Origin: Candidatus Helarchaeota archaeon
GTDB taxonomy: Archaea > Asgardarchaeota > Lokiarchaeia > Helarchaeales > RDOG01
Reading direction: 5' to 3'
NCBI GenBank assembly: GCA_029838215.1
Contig: JALGVI010000043.1
Coordinates: 1-48,491 of the forward strand
DNA length: 48,491 nucleotides
Below are positions 30,701 through 39,314 of this stretch, in pieces. Under the pieces are notes generated by a model. The model saw only the letters and a list, made by a program, of their open reading frames with translations, was not told the DNA's origin and searched no databases. Within the stretch, counting starts at the first letter, position 1; each line of letters starts with the position of its first letter. Both the position numbers and the translations under genes were made by a program.

Positions 30701-32269
30701 AAGTGGGACAGCATAATCGTATACGTATTTTGATAAGTTCGTCCGTTTATATAGTTCGACCAAGGACAATATGCTCACAAGGCTTGATTCAGTTTCCAAG
30801 GTTGTAGAGATCGTTGAGAAATCTCTAAAAGAATACGGAATGAAATAGGTATTCGCCCATTGTTTCGCGATCAATAAAGATTCTGTTGTATTTGCCCGTG
30901 TTAGATAGGGATTTTTGAATCGAATTGATAACAACGCAAGAATTGAAAGGGCATTTCCCTCTGTTGTTTTTTCAAAATCGGACTCGGATTTATTAAAAGC
31001 ATTGTTGGTAATATCAAAGAAGATATTTTTAATCGATGATGATAGATTATTTGCTAATATATAAACAGAAAGGTTGTTTTCACGTTCAAATATTTTAAAA
31101 ATTGCCATGAGAACCCAAGAATTTGCATCCAGCTCTTTCGTATTCGTGGTATCCGACCAATTATATCCTCCATTTATTGGGTCTTGAAGCAATAAAATTT
31201 GATCGAGCAAAGAACATGCAATGTTTTCTAGCGACTGGTTAGCAATTATTCCAGAATAATCGAGCAGGCACGTGATGGCTAATGCATTAACAATAGTTTC
31301 ATTATTCCATTGTATTTCTCCCCATGTTCGATTTGCACGAGAGATGAAACCCACAGACGTGTTCCAATACGAAAGATACTTGTCAAGAAGTGCATCAATC
31401 CTGTCCGATGCGTTCACCCTAAATTCATAATCAAAGTCTTCAGTGTCACATACTTTAATACTTGCAAGTAAACCCAATAAATTGTCATATGTAACTTTTG
31501 ACCCATTAACGGCAGCAGTTACATTACTCTGAAAGTAACCTTCATATTCAGCATCCCAAAGATACTTGAAGATGTAATCGTGTGTTTCCCTTGCAATCTC
31601 CAAGATCGTTTCATTTTTTGTAATTTCATAGAGCTCACATAAAGCAATGATAGCCAAAGCATTACTCGAAATGTTCAGCGTTTTATCATTTATCGTCAAG
31701 TTGTCATAAACGCCATAAACAAATGCATGATTGCCAGTATCGGGATCTTCCACGTATAAATTAGAAATCATGAAATCGACGGTATTATTCGCCTTGGTAA
31801 TATAATTAGTCATAGAGGTGTCTGCTTCATATAACCTGATTAAAGCAAGAATTGCCAATGCATTGCTTGACGTTAGCTTTAACGTGGAATTACTAGATCC
31901 CGTTAAATTAACAAATTCTTCAAATCCATTATCAGTTTGGTTTAATAGATTCTGAAGAAGAAAAGTCATCGAATCGTTTGCCATTTTTTTTAGATCGTTT
32001 TTATGATAGTAAAAAGGATTAGAGGCAATTTGTTGGTTCGATTGATCTTCAACATCTCCGGGTTCACCTGCTTGAGTGTCACCGGATGAACTTGAGATGG
32101 GAGTTGAATTATTATCTAATGGGGTTAGACCTTCATCGGGTAATGTGTCAGAAAGGTTAGAAACAGGTCTCATAAAACCATTTTGAACGAACATTGGTGT
32201 CAGGGAAATTGCCCAGCTACATAATAAAATAAATACGATAGTAAATGCTATTTTTTTTCTGCCGTGCAT
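24764..32269 (-). CDS. Giant (2501 aa) secreted, C-terminally membrane-anchored protein with repeated (alpha/alpha)-barrel AGE/GH76/YyaL-like modules and beta-sandwich stalk
   Basis: N-terminal signal/TM helix; many repeats of (D/E/S)NALA..AL..LY..T....YL..A..T..F....LWD...GGY; beta-rich spacers; TM near the C-terminus followed by a Lys/Arg tail; very many N-x-S/T sequons. Confidence 0.88.
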   Translation of the reverse strand: MHGRKKIAFTIVFILLCSWAISLTPMFVQNGFMRPVSNLSDTLPDEGLTPLDNNSTPISSSSGDTQAGEPGDVEDQSNQQIASNPFYYHKNDLKKMANDSMTFLLQNLLNQTDNGFEEFVNLTGSSNSTLKLTSSNALAILALIRLYEADTSMTNYITKANNTVDFMISNLYVEDPDTGNHAFVYGVYDNLTINDKTLNISSNALAIIALCELYEITKNETILEIARETHDYIFKYLWDAEYEGYFQSNVTAAVNGSKVTYDNLLGLLASIKVCDTEDFDYEFRVNASDRIDALLDKYLSYWNTSVGFISRANRTWGEIQWNNETIVNALAITCLLDYSGIIANQSLENIACSLLDQILLLQDPINGGYNWSDTTNTKELDANSWVLMAIFKIFERENNLSVYILANNLSSSIKNIFFDITNNAFNKSESDFEKTTEGNALSILALLSIRFKNPYLTRANTTESLLIAKQWANTYFIPYSFRDFSTISTTLETESSLVSILSLVELYKRTNLSKYVYDYAVPLFEEVNSSVLNITNSIFSYRIGTLSGQAYGNSQTEDNALAMLCMIELYKYTNNTDYLDTLNHTWYFLNQTVWDSTNGGYLISDNLTDTTKQTYSNLMAILANLEIANLTSSYLDLNYPHLKSNATYMANYTFNLIIEKMWDSVNYGIFANATADWIPDNETSGAKDSSTNLYFMSALSRFNEIFPSHANFSNFDQKINETFQFFSSHLVDTILGGIYDNTNVNGTVTETRKQSGEQFQTIMTLIQLYNTSSNYTYYQLAEKTMAFINTFVWDHEYGGYFFVVEQNGSVQRSYENWKFLATQQRGVMATCLLDEVRNDLGIPPIFSIEFDTTSLDYGGKFTPVNITVIDVDGNNLSQLDVSIMLNGFERNYKSSFPSATYDFYGLGKSIQMTSLGSSNIYNGSLNISDYFGKFYIVPLLLNESYSAIWNTYTLQRLLPRYVSSAFGLLNLINYEFRSSSQDIYHPTRNDTQNVITEENLLAIQAMIKFFNASGLNLAIDWGSSSISSGYYQFDQVLFNSYINSTMSYLLTNYWQSSQSGNGFIRNGTIDSGPINETKCADNAIAIISLLNLFELTGDNSYLEAANSTWNYMNETFWDYNSSGFLTTNGSTYQDWKSLYDNAWAVMANLRVYQTTQFENLTRNRAYYMANLTINKTINDLWNTGFYSSFNSSTGTWNGKTNDVGAFNTSIHALMIQTIIKYLETNTTATAYKTWLNNTVDFLLNYLWDSEFFGFYGSCNDSYEYAARDKYLLENCLAGIALAEYYNYYGNSSIYEYCEQISLFVDTYLQGEIGLNLNNASRFGSTQDVTQSYDMKSSVFLSLFDVYMYEIRQNLDRPLDLYNFTVNAITPGTHPNQLNITIQVNDQTGTQITGARLFAVIASHQDFYKPANFTLVSGNTYRAIINVSTLLEEFTISFLALEQTGTYAAGYETFTINRTIPIYQEIAYETIKKLFSQSLYDLGSRAVFNHSFYENDLYTEDNLFLIRALIEMNETLGVILKDFNWYLNDTYDQYIEKIYAYVNNSWRTNIVLVGGRNVTGLLSGTDSVGFLSNETRVADNALAVITLLELYNATNDVEYLNLANDTWIYLNYTFWDDVNEGFTSNNDTNSNMSRNVGDNFLAILAAIEINQTSGIVANVRNNALEMAIATLDKINSSMWDVNASHYGLYYSNATIATPGDTWNVSLSNKGLLSNALASNALTRLYEVTNNQSYLNFSIQIHDLITEHFWNETILGYYPEVLANWSLPEFGNQTNRFLESNAWMAFSSLNLFKNTQNYTHYIQGEKTINFLNSYALNLYETNDIVKYVGYREKIDPNNFFYGDIYTNENSLMALLLFSAFKIANDSFWTGSSSPWLMDTTTFTSATSPAHGELINSTSSIYFSNQTSIGATFNLTATVEGWTEGSMWPAFIDEYNATFDSNGSLHIFGFINISNVEHVYIKVAGFNESVPIFWKAYYVHRMLTTVQYISLQGQTSPLGLKNNRPATSPGANIFVGYILGTDRFQINVTYGDKASSFGTPTTSISNAHVNFEVWLPNDQGLYLNRSVMTNADGIATITFGPTPKTGQYIGQYIVRITAFRCRSDTKANEFFATTQQNISLWVDYGINIYKFASLTADQVAQGDLLQLNLTLRNNRKGTSNIDIKIYGDVFITNQTLNYSLDVGTHSILYYIKVDERTTPSTYPIYVDLVFDGVTVNEAFPDESSIDITVFQAIQTTQIGAPPKIAEDDTRYAIIEVQNLRLLVDLNFTVSLYSPALEYQQDNYILSLNSKDYYFVALNVLENVAFGTYTGTIEISWVNYTISYEFSFTIQSNLVIDKICVPETPFQNQNSMITIQITNQKTEAVYVDVYITVYMAGAVFGAPIHERHYIEALETKTINIEIFISSFNSHLISQELNIEVKMDGESYFNQWYTFQPIISIENFILWYVVPMIIIMIVCFVLLEKFHKLEERDKKKVQTVGTRTEETADEKKKESKRKKSRKKKRF

Positions 32270-32357
32270 ATATCACTTGCAACTCCATGACTTTCTCCAA
32301 TGATGTAAGATTAAGCAAGTATTATTTTTTTAATATCGTTTTCAAGAGCCAATTGAA

Positions 32358-32375
32358 CGTGAAACGTGTTTCACG
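32358..32375. promoter_or_regulatory. Perfect inverted repeat CGTGAAAC-GT-GTTTCACG, putative operator
   Basis: 8-bp arms with a 2-nt spacer, about 90 nt upstream of the giant gene start in an AT-rich intergenic region. Confidence 0.5.
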
Positions 32376-32992
32376 AATGGATTTTCAAATTTAGTTTTAA
32401 ATTTCACCATCAAAAACGTTTAAAATATTTTTAAATTTTTTTTTTAAACTTTAGGTACATATATTTTCGTGAGTAATTCGTGATTGAACCAACATTCAAC
32501 GTATTAGAACAAAAAATCCCTCCTTATTTTATTCTATTGGTTCGTTTCTTTTTCACCATTGCTTGCCCTTGGAGAAAAACCTAGCATGTCCATTATCCTC
32601 AAGGCAAAGATTTTTGCGCCTGTTTTCAACCGGTCCATTGAAATCCGTTCATTCGAACAATGCATGGTTGGTTCGTTTAAGCCGCGTTGACCTTGTTTTG
32701 CAAAAATCAATTAAGAATTTGGCAACCAAGATCTCGTTTCTGGATGGATTCACCGTTTTGGCTTTAACCAAGCCCGATAATAAATTAAATAGAACTTATT
32801 CGGAGAGTTTAGAATCTATCTCCTTTAAAATTTTCTTCTTAGCTTCCATCATCACGAATCAATCCTGCAAGAAGGAAATAAATTTAAATTCATTAAAAAA
32901 TAACATTTAATTACTCAATTAAGCACTTAACCTTGATTATTGCTCATGAAGGTCTAAGGGCGTGGTCCTTACATTAGTTTTGGTGATTTAAG

Positions 32993-33940
32993 ATGCCTAT
33001 GGGTATTGCACTTTTTGGATGGACGAATAAGGAAGGATTTTTCTTAATTGATTGCTACCCTGAAAGCATGAAGGCATATTTAGATGAAGAAACGGTCATG
33101 CGAATTGGCTCTCTTCATCGGATGAGAAATCTCGATCCGAATTTTATTACCATTAATTTCCCTAACTATAAAATAGCCAGTTTTTTTTCAGGAATGAAAA
33201 CTTCAAAATTTATAATTTCTCCGAATTTTACAATCGTTCTTCTTTTAGAATTAGCTGAGAACCCTTACAAGTACAGCATGATCTTGCCTACTGCATCGAA
33301 AGAAATCCTTCAATCTCTAAGCGGTGATAAACAGCGCTTTGACACGAGGATTGCCCGAATACCTGATGTCTTGGCTGCAATTGGAACAGGATTTAAACCG
33401 TTACTTCCCAAGGTCTTTAATGACATCATGAATGACCAAATAAAAGTAGATGCGCTTTCTATTGAAGAATTGCTGAAACAAGAGGGTTACTCAGTCCAAG
33501 AACTATCCGAAACCGAGAAAAAAATACAAGAATTACAAGACCAACTCAAGGAAAAAGATGGCGTTATTGAAATGTTGCAAAAGATGCTCACGCAAAAAGC
33601 GGAAGAATCGGGCGGAGGAGATTTTGGACCATCAATCAAGGATTACACGAATACGATAGAGCTACTTCAACGTCAATTATCGCAAGAAAAGCGCGCAAGG
33701 TTAAATGCAGTTGAACAGGTTCAGCAATTAGAAGCTAAACTAGATAGATTTCCCCTTCTTGAGAATAAGATAAAAGAAGTCCAAGAAATCATTCAGCAAA
33801 AAGATCAAGAGATCGTTCGGCTAAACGAACAGATCAAGACTTTGGAAGAAGAGATTCAAAATGTTAGGCTTCACGGCGTTTCTTCATCTGAAGTTCCAAT
33901 TCGAGACACGCCCGGAAGGAGTCGTTTCATTCCTCTATAA
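32993..33940 (+). CDS. Longin/uDENN-like N-terminal domain + long coiled coil
   Basis: MGIALFGW.NKEG..L..CYP beta-hairpin start resembles longin/uDENN modules. Residues about 165-300 are Q/E/K/L heptad-rich. Confidence 0.6.
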   Translation: MPMGIALFGWTNKEGFFLIDCYPESMKAYLDEETVMRIGSLHRMRNLDPNFITINFPNYKIASFFSGMKTSKFIISPNFTIVLLLELAENPYKYSMILPTASKEILQSLSGDKQRFDTRIARIPDVLAAIGTGFKPLLPKVFNDIMNDQIKVDALSIEELLKQEGYSVQELSETEKKIQELQDQLKEKDGVIEMLQKMLTQKAEESGGGDFGPSIKDYTNTIELLQRQLSQEKRARLNAVEQVQQLEAKLDRFPLLENKIKEVQEIIQQKDQEIVRLNEQIKTLEEEIQNVRLHGVSSSEVPIRDTPGRSRFIPL

Positions 33941-33981
33941 TCCATCTTCGGTCTCGGAAAAAAAAAAATTTGGTTGCATAA

Positions 33982-35205
33982 ATGAAAGAAGTTCCATTAG
34001 AGCAGTTGGCGACGTGGTATGCAGATGCTAATAAGAAGAAACTCGGGTCATTTAAGAAAGAAGCAGTTAAACGTGTTTCTAAAGTGGAAAAACTTCTTGA
34101 TGAGACCACGAAGCTTTGCATAATGCTAAAAAATAGAATCCCTAACGCTGAAGACGTATCTTCAAAATCAGCTTTGAAATTAGCTGAGAAAATCATTCGC
34201 CGCATTGAACAATTAGACCTCCCTGATAGAGAAAACATAAATTATAAGGATTTAACAGATTTCAAATTAGCGATTGAACGATTTTTACGGGATGTTTTCG
34301 ATTCGAGCAGGAGACTTGTAAAAAAACTGGATCGCTCATATTATCAAGACTTGCGTGAAATAAATTATCTCCTTACGGAAATTAATCAACTTCAATTAAA
34401 GATCAAGAACATAGTTGAAAAAAAATATCTCGGTATAAGAGTTATTGAGTCCACGCTCTCGCGAATAGAAAGATTAGAATCTCTCATAGAGCAAATTCTT
34501 GACAATAAAAAAGAACAAAGAGAAATTCAAGCAAGGATCGAAAGTGCAGAAAAAAAGTTAAATAGTCTGCAGGAAGAATACAGTATTTTGAAGAAAGATC
34601 CTGCCATTGTAAAGATAGAAGAGAAAGAAAAATTGATAACTTCTTTAAAGTCAGAAGTTGTCTCCAAATTAGGGGCTTTCCGTAAGGGTTTCAAAAAACT
34701 ACATCGACTTGCAAGCAATGGTTCCTTTTCACTTTCTGCAGGTGCGTATAAAAATTTAGTCGAATATTCAGAACGACCATTTGAGACGTTTATCTCTGAA
34801 GACGAAAATTTTCCAAAACTCCGCTCGGTGCTGGCAAATCTTAATGATGCATTAAAGTCTAAGAAATTAAAATTGAAAGAGAAAAGGATACAACGCAAGA
34901 TCGATGAAATTCTCTCCAGCAAGAAGATTTTCGAAGTTCCTAAACGTCTAAAAGAAACAGAAGAGAGCTTGAAGGAACTAGAACTAAAACTTGAAGAAAG
35001 AGGAATAGCAACAAAATTAAAGCAATCGAAGAAATCTGTCGAAGAACAAATGTTACAGGTAAGTAATGCAAAATTAGAGTTACGCAAGATAGAAGAAGAA
35101 CAAGAGCGGTTACAAAATAGAATCGTGGAATTAAAATCGAAAATTGAAAAAGATATTAAAGATACAGCCAATCAGATAGTAACGATTAATTTTTCTAAAA
35201 ATTAA
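33982..35205 (+). CDS. Long coiled-coil hypothetical protein
   Basis: 407 aa, K/E/L-rich helical sequence; no Walker motifs seen. Confidence 0.8.
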   Translation: MKEVPLEQLATWYADANKKKLGSFKKEAVKRVSKVEKLLDETTKLCIMLKNRIPNAEDVSSKSALKLAEKIIRRIEQLDLPDRENINYKDLTDFKLAIERFLRDVFDSSRRLVKKLDRSYYQDLREINYLLTEINQLQLKIKNIVEKKYLGIRVIESTLSRIERLESLIEQILDNKKEQREIQARIESAEKKLNSLQEEYSILKKDPAIVKIEEKEKLITSLKSEVVSKLGAFRKGFKKLHRLASNGSFSLSAGAYKNLVEYSERPFETFISEDENFPKLRSVLANLNDALKSKKLKLKEKRIQRKIDEILSSKKIFEVPKRLKETEESLKELELKLEERGIATKLKQSKKSVEEQMLQVSNAKLELRKIEEEQERLQNRIVELKSKIEKDIKDTANQIVTINFSKN

Positions 35206-35252
35206 CGGCACTTTCCGTTGGTGGTTTTACGGATACGACTTTAAACCAAAGA

Positions 35253-35873
35253 TTGAAAAATATACAAGATCAATTAAAGAACATTTTTGAGGCTTTAGAC
35301 ATTGATTATTCCAATAAAATTACCAGTACAAGATTACCTGATGATTTGGAAAGAGTTTTACCATCCGTCCTTGCAAGACTCAGAGAGGTAAGCAACGAGT
35401 CAAAATTGATAAAAAAATCAGGAATGATAAGAGACTTTGAACTACAAAAATTGATAAATTCTCTCATTTTGATCGGTCAATTATTGCTCAAAGATTTTCG
35501 CAAGTATTACAAGCAGTTATTTTATTTCATAAAAATATACTGGTATATAGAATCCATTTTTATTCGACATAAAATGATGTCAAATCCCTTGTACTCTGCA
35601 AACATCGCAAATTATAATTGGATAATTGATGAGGAAATTCTGAAACTCCTTGAATTAATCCATTCGAAAGGAAAAGTTTCCATTTTTGATGAGAAATACA
35701 AGTATCTCACATCAAGCAAGAAAGAGATGCTCGAGAATCTTTCATTGATCGTGATAGACGATGACGAAATTAGTCTAACAGATTTAAGCAAAGCAATTCT
35801 CGAATCGTATCGGGTATTGGACTTTTATTATTATTTTTCAGGAGATTTCATCGAGGATATTTTATCTGCGTAA
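35253..35873 (+). CDS. Hypothetical protein, possible C-terminal winged-helix
   Basis: TTG start; C-terminal LE.L.LI.IDDDEISLTDLSKAIL resembles a wHTH wing. Confidence 0.65.
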   Translation: MKNIQDQLKNIFEALDIDYSNKITSTRLPDDLERVLPSVLARLREVSNESKLIKKSGMIRDFELQKLINSLILIGQLLLKDFRKYYKQLFYFIKIYWYIESIFIRHKMMSNPLYSANIANYNWIIDEEILKLLELIHSKGKVSIFDEKYKYLTSSKKEMLENLSLIVIDDDEISLTDLSKAILESYRVLDFYYYFSGDFIEDILSA

Positions 35874-36049
35874 TCTTTCAGCACGTTTTTATTGTGTGGA
35901 CACGATCGCACGGAGCATTTGTTTTCTTTCAAATATATGTTCTTGCAGCAATCATCGCAAATGACATCACGATTGGATTTTCGCACTTCACATAAGTGAA
36001 TATTCATTTTCTCTTTGCCGCAACAAAAACAAATCATGCCTTTTCCCAT
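35831..36049 (-). CDS. Small Cys/His-rich zinc-finger-like protein
   Basis: CFCCG...HLCE...ICDDCC...C...CPH; GGAGA upstream of the ATG; 3' end overlaps the convergent gene by 43 nt. Confidence 0.65.
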   Translation of the reverse strand: MGKGMICFCCGKEKMNIHLCEVRKSNRDVICDDCCKNIYLKENKCSVRSCPHNKNVLKDYADKISSMKSPEK

Positions 36050-36324
36050 GAAATCTCTCCTGCCTTTTTTAGCATTCTTTATCGAAGCATGCTTTAGAAT
36101 TGGTCAACAGATTATTTTGAAATTTTGGTGCTCTTTGATGAATAAATTTTTCATCTCTTTTAAGTATTTGAGCCATATCACGATGGATTTTTTCACGAAG
36201 CCTTAAAACTCAGATTTCAGAAAAAAATAATAAAAGAGAAAAATTCTTTTGAATATCTGACTCATATTTGATCTCTTGTAAGGCAAAAAATGAATAAAAA
36301 TTCAGGCTTATTGAGGTAAAAATA

Positions 36325-38616
36325 GTGCAAAGAATGGTATACCCGTTTACAGCAATTGTAGCACAGGATAAGATGAAATTAGCACTTGTTCTTAACGTGA
36401 TTAATCCTTTAATTGGCGGTGTTCTCATTCGTGGAGAACGTGGAACAGGTAAATCAACAGCCGTGCGAGCTCTTGCGGAATTATTGCCCGAAATTCAAGT
36501 TGTTGAGGGTTGTAAGTTCAATTGCGATCCATGTGGCCCGATCGAGAAAATGTGTTCGATTTGCCAAGAGAAAGTCCAAAACAATGAAATTTGTGGCATT
36601 CCCAAAAAAATGACCGTTGTTGAAATTCCGCTTTCTGCCACTGAAGACAAGGTTGTTGGATCGCTTGACATTGAAAAGGCGATCCGAGATGGACTGAAAG
36701 CGTTGGAACCCGGATTGTTGGCTGCTGCGAATCGAAATATTCTATACGTTGATGAGATCAATCTCTTGAGCGATCACATTATTGATGATTTATTGGATTG
36801 TGCGGCGTTCGGAATAAACCTCATTGAGAGAGAAGGCATTTCCTTATCGCATCCATCAAAATTCATCCTTGTGGGAAGTTGCAATCCTGAAGAAGGTGAA
36901 TTACGACCCCAAATCTTGGATAGGCTTGGACTTTGTATAGATATTTCTTGCTTGAATGATTTTAATCAACGCCTTCAGATTCTTAGACGCGTGGAGGAAT
37001 TTGATCAGGACCCCGAAGGATTCATCAGCAAGTTCGACGAAAAGGAACAAAGCTTGCAGAAAAAGATTTTGAATGCTTTGAAAATAATGAATGAAGGCGT
37101 CAAGCTTTCGGTTTACTTGATGACTGTTGTCATTCAGATGTGCATTCTCTTGAAAGTTCCCACTCATCGTGGTGAAATTACCATTAATAGGTGTGCAAAG
37201 GCTCTTGCGGCTTTCGATGGCAGAAAAGAAGTCAATAAGGCAGACATTTTGACTGCAGCTCAACTTGCGTTGGCACACCGAATTGCTCAGCAAGGACTTT
37301 CACAAGAGGACGTGGAAAAGCTCATCTCTGATGCCTTCAAAAAGGCACTTGCAATGGCTAAAGAGAAAATGGAACAAGAAGAAGATGGTTCAAAAGACTC
37401 TTTAGATGGGAACGAAGAAGACGGCGAAAAAAAAAAACTAGATGACCAACAGGGTTCACAAGAAGAACAAGCACAGCAACAGGGTAACGAACAGACTCAA
37501 GCTGGTGCAGACGATTTCGAAATCAACTGGCAAGATGCCCCAAGTTTTGATGATGCTCCCGAAGGCGACCAAGAGGTGAATTCAGATCTCGTGCAGGGAA
37601 CGGAACCCGGTCACGACGGCTATCCCTTCCAAAAAGAGGATTATCAACCAAAACTCGATAAGTCAGACAATTTAGCGGATTATATCAGATATCCAGACAT
37701 CGTCAAAGTCTTAGATTTTGGACAAAAGCGCTTTTCCAAAGCTGATCGTGGACCATTACTAGGAAAAAGATTGCGGAAACAGGGTAACATCAATAAAGGG
37801 CGATACATTACCTATAAAATTCCGAAAGATAAATCAAAAAGCATTGCATTTGATGCGACTATCCGAGCAGCAGCACCATATCAAAGACAAAGGACGAATT
37901 CAGACTTGGCAATAAAGTTGCAGCTACAAGATGTCCGGGAGAAAGTTTTTGAATATCAAGCTCCACTTTCCATCGTGTTCGTGCTTGATGCATCAGGTTC
38001 AATGTTTCGAATGCTGAAGCAAATGAAGGATGTCATTCTGAATTTACACGAATCAGCGTATAAACATCGGGATCGTGTCGGTCTCGTGACGTTTCAAGGT
38101 TATGATGCAATCATTTTACAACAACCCACGGTAAACCTGAACCTCGTGTTAGATCGGCTCTCATTCGTTCAATCAGATTCATGGACGCCTCTTGCATCGG
38201 GTCTCATAAAAGGCATGGAAATCTTAAAACAAGAACAAAATCGCAATCCTGACATCATTCCCGTTTTAGTAGTTCTCACGGATGGAGGTGCAAACGTTCC
38301 TATAAGTTCAATCCCCCCTCCTCCTTTCCACAATTTCCAATATTACAAGATGCTTGAAGATGAAATCACGCAAATTGCAATCGAATTGAAGAACAATGAT
38401 ATCTACACGGTCGTGCTTTGGCCAGAAAATGCGGGAATGCGGGGTCCTCGTCACAAGCGGATCGCACTTTCCATTGCAGAACAATCTGAAGGTGTATTTT
38501 ATCAAATTCGACAAGGTGCTAAACTCGCCGACATCTTCAGCAGGTCCGCCTTTAGTTCTTGGAGGACGAGAAGACCTAATCAAACACCCATTCGAGCAGG
38601 ACATTTCCAGAAGTAA
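36325..38616 (+). CDS. Chelatase subunit ChlD/ChlI-type (AAA+ ATPase + acidic linker + vWA), Mg/Co chelatase family
   Basis: [45 protein letters not shown]; D/E/Q-rich linker; v[22 protein letters not shown]. Confidence 0.92.
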   Translation: MQRMVYPFTAIVAQDKMKLALVLNVINPLIGGVLIRGERGTGKSTAVRALAELLPEIQVVEGCKFNCDPCGPIEKMCSICQEKVQNNEICGIPKKMTVVEIPLSATEDKVVGSLDIEKAIRDGLKALEPGLLAAANRNILYVDEINLLSDHIIDDLLDCAAFGINLIEREGISLSHPSKFILVGSCNPEEGELRPQILDRLGLCIDISCLNDFNQRLQILRRVEEFDQDPEGFISKFDEKEQSLQKKILNALKIMNEGVKLSVYLMTVVIQMCILLKVPTHRGEITINRCAKALAAFDGRKEVNKADILTAAQLALAHRIAQQGLSQEDVEKLISDAFKKALAMAKEKMEQEEDGSKDSLDGNEEDGEKKKLDDQQGSQEEQAQQQGNEQTQAGADDFEINWQDAPSFDDAPEGDQEVNSDLVQGTEPGHDGYPFQKEDYQPKLDKSDNLADYIRYPDIVKVLDFGQKRFSKADRGPLLGKRLRKQGNINKGRYITYKIPKDKSKSIAFDATIRAAAPYQRQRTNSDLAIKLQLQDVREKVFEYQAPLSIVFVLDASGSMFRMLKQMKDVILNLHESAYKHRDRVGLVTFQGYDAIILQQPTVNLNLVLDRLSFVQSDSWTPLASGLIKGMEILKQEQNRNPDIIPVLVVLTDGGANVPISSIPPPPFHNFQYYKMLEDEITQIAIELKNNDIYTVVLWPENAGMRGPRHKRIALSIAEQSEGVFYQIRQGAKLADIFSRSAFSSWRTRRPNQTPIRAGHFQK
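37427..37445 (+). other. A11 slippery run with immediate stops in the +1 (TAG 37439-41) and -1 (TGA 37443-45) frames; putative programmed frameshift/transcriptional slippage site
   Basis: GGC GAA AAA AAA AAA CTA GAT GAC at the end of the AAA+ domain (codons about 368-371). Confidence 0.65.
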
Positions 38617-38643
38617 AACTTATAATTAAACAATCTTTAATAA

Positions 38644-39291
38644 GTGAGGAGGCTTGAAATGCCATTTCTTACCGATGAAGAAGGTAAAATGCTCCTGCGA
38701 CTTGCTCGACGAGTAGTTGAGAAAGCCGTTCACGAGGGACGCCCCGTGAGTGTTAATGTCCCTGAGGATTTTACCGATAAATTAAAAACAGTAGAAGCAG
38801 GAGTTTTTGTAACTCTTAGAAAACATGAAGGTAGAGAGAAGCAACTTCGGGGTTGCATCGGACGCATAACTGGAGTCAAGCTCGCTCAAGCCACGATTGA
38901 TTCTGCCATTGATTCTCCCCTTCACGATCCACGGTTTCCTACCGTTAGACCGGGTGAATTAAACAACATTACCGTTGAGATTTCCGTTCTCACGCCACCC
39001 GAACTCGTGAAAGTGGATGACGTGGAAGATTACCCCAAGAAAATAAAAGTTGGAAGGGATGGCTTGATCATTCAACAGGGACTCAGCCGCGGACTCCTTC
39101 TACCTCAAGTACCGGTTGAACAAGACCCACCGTGGACGGAAAAAGAATTTTTGGAGTGGACTTGTTGGAAAGCCCACTTACCGCGAAATGCATGGCGTGA
39201 TCCCGCTACTGAAATATATCGGTTTGAAGCCGAAATTTTTGAAGAGCTCGAGCCCAATGGCGAGATAATTAGGAAAACCATCAACGATTAA
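38644..39291 (+). CDS. AMMECR1-domain protein (AmmeMemoRadiSam system protein A)
   Basis: GVFVTL, LRGCIG, DPRFP.V...EL..I.VEISVLTPP, GRDGLII, GLLLPQV, C.KA.L, FEAEIF.E. Confidence 0.95.
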   Translation: MRRLEMPFLTDEEGKMLLRLARRVVEKAVHEGRPVSVNVPEDFTDKLKTVEAGVFVTLRKHEGREKQLRGCIGRITGVKLAQATIDSAIDSPLHDPRFPTVRPGELNNITVEISVLTPPELVKVDDVEDYPKKIKVGRDGLIIQQGLSRGLLLPQVPVEQDPPWTEKEFLEWTCWKAHLPRNAWRDPATEIYRFEAEIFEELEPNGEIIRKTIND

Positions 39292-39314
39292 ACTCAACAC
39301 TCATCTACCTTTTC

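Noticed and set aside
32358-32375. Half-sites identical to bacterial parS (GTTTCAC/GTGAAAC)
   Set aside because: The half-sites are in everted order compared with TGTTTCACGTGAAACA, and no parAB is in the window; not called parS.
32676-32690. Minus-strand AACGCGGCTTA resembling the RNase P RNA 3' conserved region
   Set aside because: No upstream GAGGAAAGUCC-type element found at a suitable distance.
32563-32910. 115-aa plus-strand ORF in the long intergenic gap
   Set aside because: TTG start without an RBS, atypical composition and no motifs; kept only as a possible structured-RNA region.
33958-33968. Other A-runs (A11 at 33958-68; A9 at 46132-40)
   Set aside because: The first is intergenic and the second covers the last codons of leuA, so slippage would not change a product meaningfully.
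36104-36109. In-frame TGT-TGA upstream of the Cys-rich ORF 35831-36049 (possible Cys-Sec N-terminal extension)
   Set aside because: The ATG at 36049 has a good GGAGA RBS, the upstream peptide is not protein-like, and no SECIS is visible downstream.
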